DNA of 64,000 nucleotides from a virus: IMG/VR virus record IMGVR_UViG_2912391263_000005, positions 1 to 64,000 of that record; one strand, 5' to 3'. Shown piece by piece: positions 57,808 to 64,000 of this stretch (position 1 is its first letter; each line of letters starts with the position of its first letter). The notes under the pieces were generated by a model. It saw only the letters and a program-made list of their open reading frames with translations, ran no database searches and was not told where the DNA came from. The position numbers and the translations under genes were made by a program.

Positions 57808-60693
57808 ATGAAGGAAGTGAAGGAAGTGAAGAAAGTGACAAAGAAAAGAACGCCATTGATTGGTATATTCTTGTTGTTGTTTTCTTTGTTAAGTCTTGGA
57901 ATATTTAGCACATATGCTTTTGCGGAAGAACAACCAGATTCAGAAATATCCCCAACAATGACATCTGTTACATCTGAAGAAGAGAAAATAAATTCAGTAG
58001 AAAACTTTACAGAGAATGCCATTGCAGAAAAAGATGCTGATTTAGAAGAAACTGAAAATCAATCAGCAAACGATTCTTCAGAAAATGTTGAGGTTGAAGA
58101 AAAAACAAATGTTCAACCTATAGAAAATGTAGACTCTAATGTAGATTCTGAAGTTAGCAATGAAACCGCTGTTTTGAATGAATCTAGTAAAAAAAATTTG
58201 GAACAGGAAGCTGATAAGAAATCTGTCTTGGTAGATGAAGAATCTGATTTAACAGCTACATCTAGTTCTCCAAGTTCTACAGAAACGAGTTCCTCTTTAC
58301 TAATACGAGAAAAAAGAGAAGCAAATCGTTCTTCTTCAGAAAATAACAGTTTTCAATCGCTAAAAGAAACATTAGAAGATCCAAGTCGTTCGCAAGAAAT
58401 TTGGGTTTCAGGTGGAGAATATCATTTTACAGATACAATCACAGTCGCTAAAGATCTTACGTTGCGTAATCGTCCGAATGAAAAAGTGTTGTTTATTTTT
58501 GATTTGAAAAACGATAACAATTCTTCATTAGGTAAAACAATGTTTAATGTTTTATCTGGTCGATTTACGTTAGCAGGAGAAACTAATGACTCGATTATTT
58601 TTGACGGATTAGGAAAAGAAATTGAAAAAAATAGATACGAAAACATGACCAATACTTCTGATAAAGGAACATTTATCACAGTTCATAAAGATGCTGAAGT
58701 AATTATTGATCATGCGACATTTCAAAATTCCTATAATTCAGGAATGCAGTCTGCTCCTTTATATGTAAATGGTGGGAAATTGATTTTTAATGATGGTCTT
58801 CTCAAAGGAAATCTTTTGTCCCATTCCCAAACGATTGGCAATGCTTCATTATCTCCAACGAGAGATTTGTTAAATGGAGAAAGTTCTTCTGCTGGGATAG
58901 GGGTTCGAAATCAAGGAGAAGTTGTAATAAATAATGGGCAATTTCTTAATAATCGCACACTGTATGACAGTGGAGCAGTAATTGCAAATACTGGAAGTTT
59001 AGTAACAGTTAACGGAGGAATATTTGAGGGAAACCATTCTGCTGTTCATGGCGGTGTAATTTTTACTGGGATAAAAGGAACAACAACTATTTCTGATGGA
59101 AAGTATATCAATAATACTTCTGATAATGGTGGCGGTGTATTGTTCTTTGATTGGGCAAGTAATGGAACAATAGACGGTGGTTATTTCAGTAAAAACAATA
59201 GTCAATTTGGTGGTGTTATAGGGACAAGTGATCGCTACATTTTAGGATCTGATACTGGAAATACAATTAATCCCATCGCAAAAGATTATACTCATGAGCA
59301 ATGGAAACGAATGGGCTATGGTGTACATTTAACCATTAATGATGGCCTTTTTGATTCCAACCATGCATTTGTAGGTGGAGCGTTGTACATTTCAAGTGAT
59401 GATACGATCATAAAAAAAGCAACCATACGTAATAATGAAGCTACTAGATATGGTGGTGGAATTTATTTAAGTAGTGTGCCATATGTTTTGAAACTGAACA
59501 ATATCTATATTCATAACAATCAAGCAGTAGATGATAAAGATATTCCACTAGTTATGAGTAACTTAAAAGATAAAGTGGTTTTAATGCCTGGAAGTGGCGG
59601 AGGTATTTGGTATTGTCCGACTGGCACAAGTGAGATTTATGTTTCAAATGGTGTAGCTTTCGATAGCAATTTAGCAACACATAGTGGAGACGATTTTACA
59701 AGTGTTCGTAAAGAAAAAGACACTGATTTTCTTGTTACTTTAGACCCTCGTATGTTAGGTGGAGGCAAAGTTTATTGGTATATTGATGGAGATAACGAAA
59801 ATGAAGAAGTATCTCGGTATTCTGATAAGCAGGTTGAATTTGACATTAGTAATGTGGTAAATCATTCGATCAGCTTAAAAACTACTTCTAATGAAGGAGC
59901 ATTACAACTAGCTAGACAAGCTGCTTCGGTTATATTTGAAAATAACATAGCAGCACGTGGTGGAGCGATTGGAACAAATGGTAGTGTCATTTTTGGAGAT
60001 AAAGGAAAAGACTTCACTTTAGAAGTGAAAAAAGATTGGTCTGCAGAGCTGGAAAATGAGAAAAAAGAAGTAACAATTGAATTGCTTGTTAAATATGGAA
60101 ATAAAGAATTTCTTATTGATACCGTCCAATTAAATGAACAAAATAATTGGTACTATCAGTTCACTCATTTACCATTAGAAGCAGGGAACCAACCCTTAGA
60201 GTATGTTGTACGGGAGTCAGGAAATGAGTATGTTGTTACTTATTCTGACAATAATGTATCATCGTTAGATATAGAACCTGACTCTTTATTAACCATTGTT
60301 GTTCATAATAGTAAACCAATAGAACCAGAACAACCCACTGTTCCAGAAGAACCGGAAGTACCAACAGAACCAGATAAGCCTGTTGAACCAGAACAACCTA
60401 CTGTTCCAGAAGAACCAAATAGACCGGAAAAACCAGTTAAACCGGATCAACCAATTCTTCCGGGAACTCCAACTGTTCCTACAAAAACTACAAAAGTAAA
60501 TCAAACAAAAGAAGGAGAAAAACACAATAAGACAAGTCTTTTATCTGCCAAAAGTATTTCTAATAAAGAAACACATATGAAAGAATTCCCTAAAACAGGA
60601 GAAAAAGAAGCTATTTATCTTGTTTTACTAGGATTTATCTTTATTGTTGCTTCTCTGGTTGTTTTGACAAAAAAATTCCAAAAAAATATTTAG
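57808..60693 (+). CDS. cell-surface protein with parallel beta-helix repeats, Cna-B-like domain, Pro-rich stalk and FPKTG sorting-like signal
   Basis: Signal peptide. Glycine-rich beta-helix repeats (GGVIF.G, GGGVLFF, GGALYI). PEQPTVPEEPEVPTEP repeats. EFPKTGE plus TM plus KKFQKNI. Start among tandem 9-nt repeats 57811-57837. Confidence 0.7.
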   Translation: MKEVKEVKKVTKKRTPLIGIFLLLFSLLSLGIFSTYAFAEEQPDSEISPTMTSVTSEEEKINSVENFTENAIAEKDADLEETENQSANDSSENVEVEEKTNVQPIENVDSNVDSEVSNETAVLNESSKKNLEQEADKKSVLVDEESDLTATSSSPSSTETSSSLLIREKREANRSSSENNSFQSLKETLEDPSRSQEIWVSGGEYHFTDTITVAKDLTLRNRPNEKVLFIFDLKNDNNSSLGKTMFNVLSGRFTLAGETNDSIIFDGLGKEIEKNRYENMTNTSDKGTFITVHKDAEVIIDHATFQNSYNSGMQSAPLYVNGGKLIFNDGLLKGNLLSHSQTIGNASLSPTRDLLNGESSSAGIGVRNQGEVVINNGQFLNNRTLYDSGAVIANTGSLVTVNGGIFEGNHSAVHGGVIFTGIKGTTTISDGKYINNTSDNGGGVLFFDWASNGTIDGGYFSKNNSQFGGVIGTSDRYILGSDTGNTINPIAKDYTHEQWKRMGYGVHLTINDGLFDSNHAFVGGALYISSDDTIIKKATIRNNEATRYGGGIYLSSVPYVLKLNNIYIHNNQAVDDKDIPLVMSNLKDKVVLMPGSGGGIWYCPTGTSEIYVSNGVAFDSNLATHSGDDFTSVRKEKDTDFLVTLDPRMLGGGKVYWYIDGDNENEEVSRYSDKQVEFDISNVVNHSISLKTTSNEGALQLARQAASVIFENNIAARGGAIGTNGSVIFGDKGKDFTLEVKKDWSAELENEKKEVTIELLVKYGNKEFLIDTVQLNEQNNWYYQFTHLPLEAGNQPLEYVVRESGNEYVVTYSDNNVSSLDIEPDSLLTIVVHNSKPIEPEQPTVPEEPEVPTEPDKPVEPEQPTVPEEPNRPEKPVKPDQPILPGTPTVPTKTTKVNQTKEGEKHNKTSLLSAKSISNKETHMKEFPKTGEKEAIYLVLLGFIFIVASLVVLTKKFQKNI

Positions 60694-61039
60694 GCTCTTT
60701 GTCAATTGGTAATGATAGAGGAAAAAAACATCTAAAGTAGAATTGAATTTTCTGCTTCAGATGTTTTTTTATTTTTAATAAGTGATTAGAGAATAGTAGA
60801 GCGGGGAAAACTTACTTAGTTATTACTATTGCACTAGAGCCATAACTAAAGGTTATTTTTTATAGATAAACGAGATGAATCGTGGATAAAGTGATTGATG
60901 GAGGAATCCTATTTTTGTGCTGTTTAAGTCTTTGGATTATCGGGTATTTCCTTCATTGTCTTATTGAAGGGAATACGAATACTTTATCGGAAATTGTATA
61001 CTTAATATATTGAATGAATAATGAAGTGAGGTGAACAGA

Positions 61040-61528
61040 ATGGGAAGATTTAATTTTGATGCATACCAAGCAGAATTAGAGGAAAAGAAATTACAAAAAC
61101 AAAAACCACGAATTAAGACGTTTATTCCTTTACGAACTAAACATTTGGTAAAATCATCAAATGGAACAAGAAAATTGATTCATTTTAATCAGACAGGTTG
61201 CACGTTATCAAAGGCAATGTTACCGCATATAGATAATTTTGGTCGGTATGCAGAGTATATGTTACAAGGAAATATACTTGCAATTCGGTTTATGAAAGAG
61301 CCGACGGATTATAGCTATTCATGGACAGTAAATTCAAAGAAACAGACAATAACTGCTGGATTGAAGGGGCTACTTTCTTTATTTGAGAGCCAAACTGATT
61401 GTGTGAATTTTAATGTGTATCGTTACACTTTTGAACTAAAACAAGATAGTAAAAATATTTTTTATCTTGAATTGGATCGACCGTATGAAAAAAAGAAACG
61501 ATCAGAAAAAAGAAAACAAAACTTTTAA
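61040..61528 (+). CDS. hypothetical basic protein
   Basis: ORF in the table from 61031. Confidence 0.4.
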   Translation: MGRFNFDAYQAELEEKKLQKQKPRIKTFIPLRTKHLVKSSNGTRKLIHFNQTGCTLSKAMLPHIDNFGRYAEYMLQGNILAIRFMKEPTDYSYSWTVNSKKQTITAGLKGLLSLFESQTDCVNFNVYRYTFELKQDSKNIFYLELDRPYEKKKRSEKRKQNF

Positions 61529-61758
61529 GTAAAAAATCCGGTGGTGAACAAAATGAGTAGGAATGATTTTTGAAAACTACGAAAGATTTATTACTTAAAA
61601 GATGCAATTGTATGAAAATACAATGGAAATAAGTGCTTAAAAAGCGAAAAAATATAAATTAAAATATTTAAAAAGACGGATATTTTTTGCTTTAAAAATA
61701 AAATGAATGTTCGTTATTCATCGGACAAATTTATTATCATGTAAGGAGGAAGAATTCG

Positions 61759-62694
61759 ATGAAAAAAATGTTATTGAGTATGATTGTTGGGGCTGTAGCT
61801 GGTGTGGTATTTGTGACTGGAGGTTCAGAAGCACACGCTTCCGAAACAGATGGCATTTGGATACCAAGAACAGTTGATCAAATCAAAGCAGATATTGCGA
61901 AATATCAAGGAAACAAGTACACCATTGTTTGGGGAGATACCTTAAGTGGCATTAGCCAAGCAACCAATATTACTACTCAAAAATTAGCAGAGTTGAATAA
62001 GATTGTGAATGTAGATCTAATCTATGCAGGAAACACTTTAACTTTTGATGGAAATGTTGTAACAGCTAAAAATAATAAGGGAGAAACGGTTGCGCAATCA
62101 GTGGTAACCTCGCAAGATAAGAATGATGAGAATAAACCTGTAGGCAAACAAGAGCCTGCCAAACAAGCAGAAGAAAAAGCACAAGGAACAACTGCAAGTA
62201 GCGGTAAAACAGTTATAAGCAGTCAAGAAATGAGTGGTGCTGTTAGTGATACAAACAGCAGTCAAACCGTGACAAGCGGTTCTGTTGAGGGTGTAACTAG
62301 CTCTACTGCTGGGACAACAGTTTCTCCAGGAATAGTAGAAACACCAGCTCAACCAAGTAAGCCAGCAGATAATCAACCAACGCAATCAGATCAATCAGTA
62401 GAAAAACCAACGTCGCCGACACAATCAAGTACAAGTGGTGAACAAGGTGGATCGACCACGATTCAAGCAGTTGATCCTTCCGCAGTAGTTGATCAGGAGC
62501 CTATTCCAGCAATGATTGGAAATAGTGGGAAAGTATTTAATTCTGAAGAAGAGGCTATGGCATATGGTTGGAAAGAAATCAAAGATGAAAATAGTAAATG
62601 GTTTGGTTATGGTTTCGGAGTTCCTAGTTTATTAAATAAAGACCATGATCCGATTAATAAATGGTCAGTCGATTTTTATGAAACAGATCAATAA
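61759..62694 (+). CDS. secreted LysM-domain protein
   Basis: Signal peptide. LysM (YTIVWGDTLSGISQATNITTQKLAELNK...). S/T/Q-rich linker. Conserved C-terminal domain shared with the 47320-47644 remnant. Confidence 0.75.
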   Translation: MKKMLLSMIVGAVAGVVFVTGGSEAHASETDGIWIPRTVDQIKADIAKYQGNKYTIVWGDTLSGISQATNITTQKLAELNKIVNVDLIYAGNTLTFDGNVVTAKNNKGETVAQSVVTSQDKNDENKPVGKQEPAKQAEEKAQGTTASSGKTVISSQEMSGAVSDTNSSQTVTSGSVEGVTSSTAGTTVSPGIVETPAQPSKPADNQPTQSDQSVEKPTSPTQSSTSGEQGGSTTIQAVDPSAVVDQEPIPAMIGNSGKVFNSEEEAMAYGWKEIKDENSKWFGYGFGVPSLLNKDHDPINKWSVDFYETDQ

Positions 62695-62884
62695 AATAGT
62701 GATGTGAAAAAAGCAAGAATTTTTCTCGCTTTTTTTGTTTGGAGGAGTCCGTATGAATGAACTACCACGAGTGAGATCTCCGGATTGAATGGAATAGAAT
62801 AGAATCTTATTCACGTCGTTATCATTTGAAATAGCGACGTTTTTTATATAAATAAAAAATAAAGAAAAGGAGAAGTTTTTGTCA

Positions 62885-64000
62885 TGACGACAAATAAAAC
62901 AAGTTGGTTGAAGTTTGCTTTACTAGCGGTGGTTTGTCAAGTGGCTTTTCTTACAGGAACTATGACAACACATGCAGAAGAAACAGAACCTTCTGTTACA
63001 GCTTCTCAAGTGTTTTCAACTTCTGAAGAAGCGAAAGTAACGGCGCCTGAAGAAGTAACGAGCCCAGAAGTATCTGCAGATGTGACACCCGCTACAGAAG
63101 CACCTGCACCAACAGAAAAAGCAGTCCTTGATGAAACTATCGGGGAAAGTCAACGACCCGGCGATAGTCCAGTTGAAACATCAATGTCAGCTGTAACAAC
63201 GCTAGAAACAACACCTCGAGCACCTTCTGAACCAGCAGAAGTACCAACTGCTCTTGAGAAATCTGTGTCTAATTCTGATATAGATACAGAAGAAACGAAG
63301 AAAGAAACAGATGAAGCAACGATTGGCGTAGCACCTTCTAATGCGTCAATTCTAGAAGAATCTACACAATCAGTAGTAGAAGAAAACAAGTCCGCTGTTT
63401 CTGAAGAAACAAAAACTGAGGCCGACAAAGTAGTGAATGAATCAAAAGAAAGTGAAAAGAGAACAGAAGAACAGCTTACTTTATTTGTGGCAGAGTCCAC
63501 AACGCGTTCTGTACGTATGAAACGTGCTGTAAATACTGGACAAGTTCATTCACAATTAGTTACGCCAAGTAATGGGTTAAATTGGGGGAGTGCAATTTTA
63601 CCGAATGGACGATCTTTTACTTATGACCGTATTGAAATTTTTGATGTAGATGGTCATGTGGCATTTTGTGTGGAACCAGGGGTTCCGGGTGGATCAGGTA
63701 CGTTTAACAAATCTGCATTAGAAACATATATCAAAGATGCCGCTATTAGAAAGAAAATTGCCTTGATTTCTTATTTTGGTTATGTTGGAAGTATAGATAA
63801 ATCGTTAGAACGTCGGATTGCGACACAGTTTTATATTCACGAAGTTTTGAACTCTAATTTTTACGGAACCAATCCAGTTTTAAATTATGAAGCATTTAAA
63901 CAAGAAATTGATCAAAAAATCAATAACGCAACAAAAAAAGCTTCTTTTAATAATCAAACAAAAACTGTAAAAGTTGGGCAAACAATTGAAGTTTCAGATA
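62885..64000 (+). CDS. LPXTG-family surface protein, N-terminal part (continues beyond window)
   Basis: Signal peptide MTTNKTSWLKFALLAVVCQVAFLTGTMTTHAEE. Paralog of 47791 gene N-terminus. Confidence 0.65.

Noticed and set aside
63150-63500. 116-aa minus-strand ORF
   Set aside because: Lies antisense within the LPXTG surface-protein gene 62885 onward. Low-complexity S/T-rich translation. Spurious.

Overview
The window has two parts.

PART 1: PROPHAGE (1 to about 39.47 kb). This is the right-hand ~39.5 kb of a temperate siphovirus prophage of a low-GC Firmicute. Its gene content (ArpU, Ltp, P27 terS, HK97-type head genes) is typical of Enterococcus and Lactobacillales phages; this is inference.
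- The integrase sits at the left edge and attL lies outside the window.
- The lysogeny module has Ltp-like and lipoprotein morons, ImmA and a cI-like repressor on the minus strand, and cro.
- The replication module has Gp157, a Sak4-like ATPase, an SF2 helicase, DUF669, primase-helicase and VRR-NUC. An iteron-rich putative origin lies between primase and VRR-NUC.
- Accessory early genes include an SPFH protein, MazG and ArpU.
- A ~700-bp ORF-free, highly structured region ends in an intrinsic terminator and is a candidate large prophage ncRNA.
- Downstream come the HNH endonuclease, terS, terL, portal, ClpP-type protease, capsid, connectors and tail genes. The tail chaperone carries a canonical -1 frameshift site.
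- The module ends with a large tape measure protein carrying two peptidoglycan-hydrolase domains, Dit/Tal/fibre genes, XkdX, holin, and an amidase endolysin with a signal peptide.

PART 2: ACCESSORY REGION (39.47 to 64 kb).
- A tRNA-Met with its terminator lies at the prophage right flank.
- It is followed by an IS3-family element (orfAB with a -1 frameshift) abutting an IS150-like orfA remnant.
- A ~90-bp near-identical direct repeat brackets a 3-gene operon ending in a HEPN-domain protein, next to a two-gene minus-strand pair.
- There is a mosaic of paralogous cassettes: three LPXTG-type surface-protein genes (one N-terminal remnant, one frameshifted, one running off the window), LysM proteins, and a parallel beta-helix surface protein with an FPKTG anchor.
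- A class-C-like group II intron (RT without endonuclease domain) is inserted right after an intrinsic terminator.
- Two ~70%-identical copies of a 430-470 nt ORF-free, terminator-ended element look like an undescribed structured ncRNA family.

No CRISPR array or rRNA was seen. All functional calls rest on motif recognition by eye. No database search was run.
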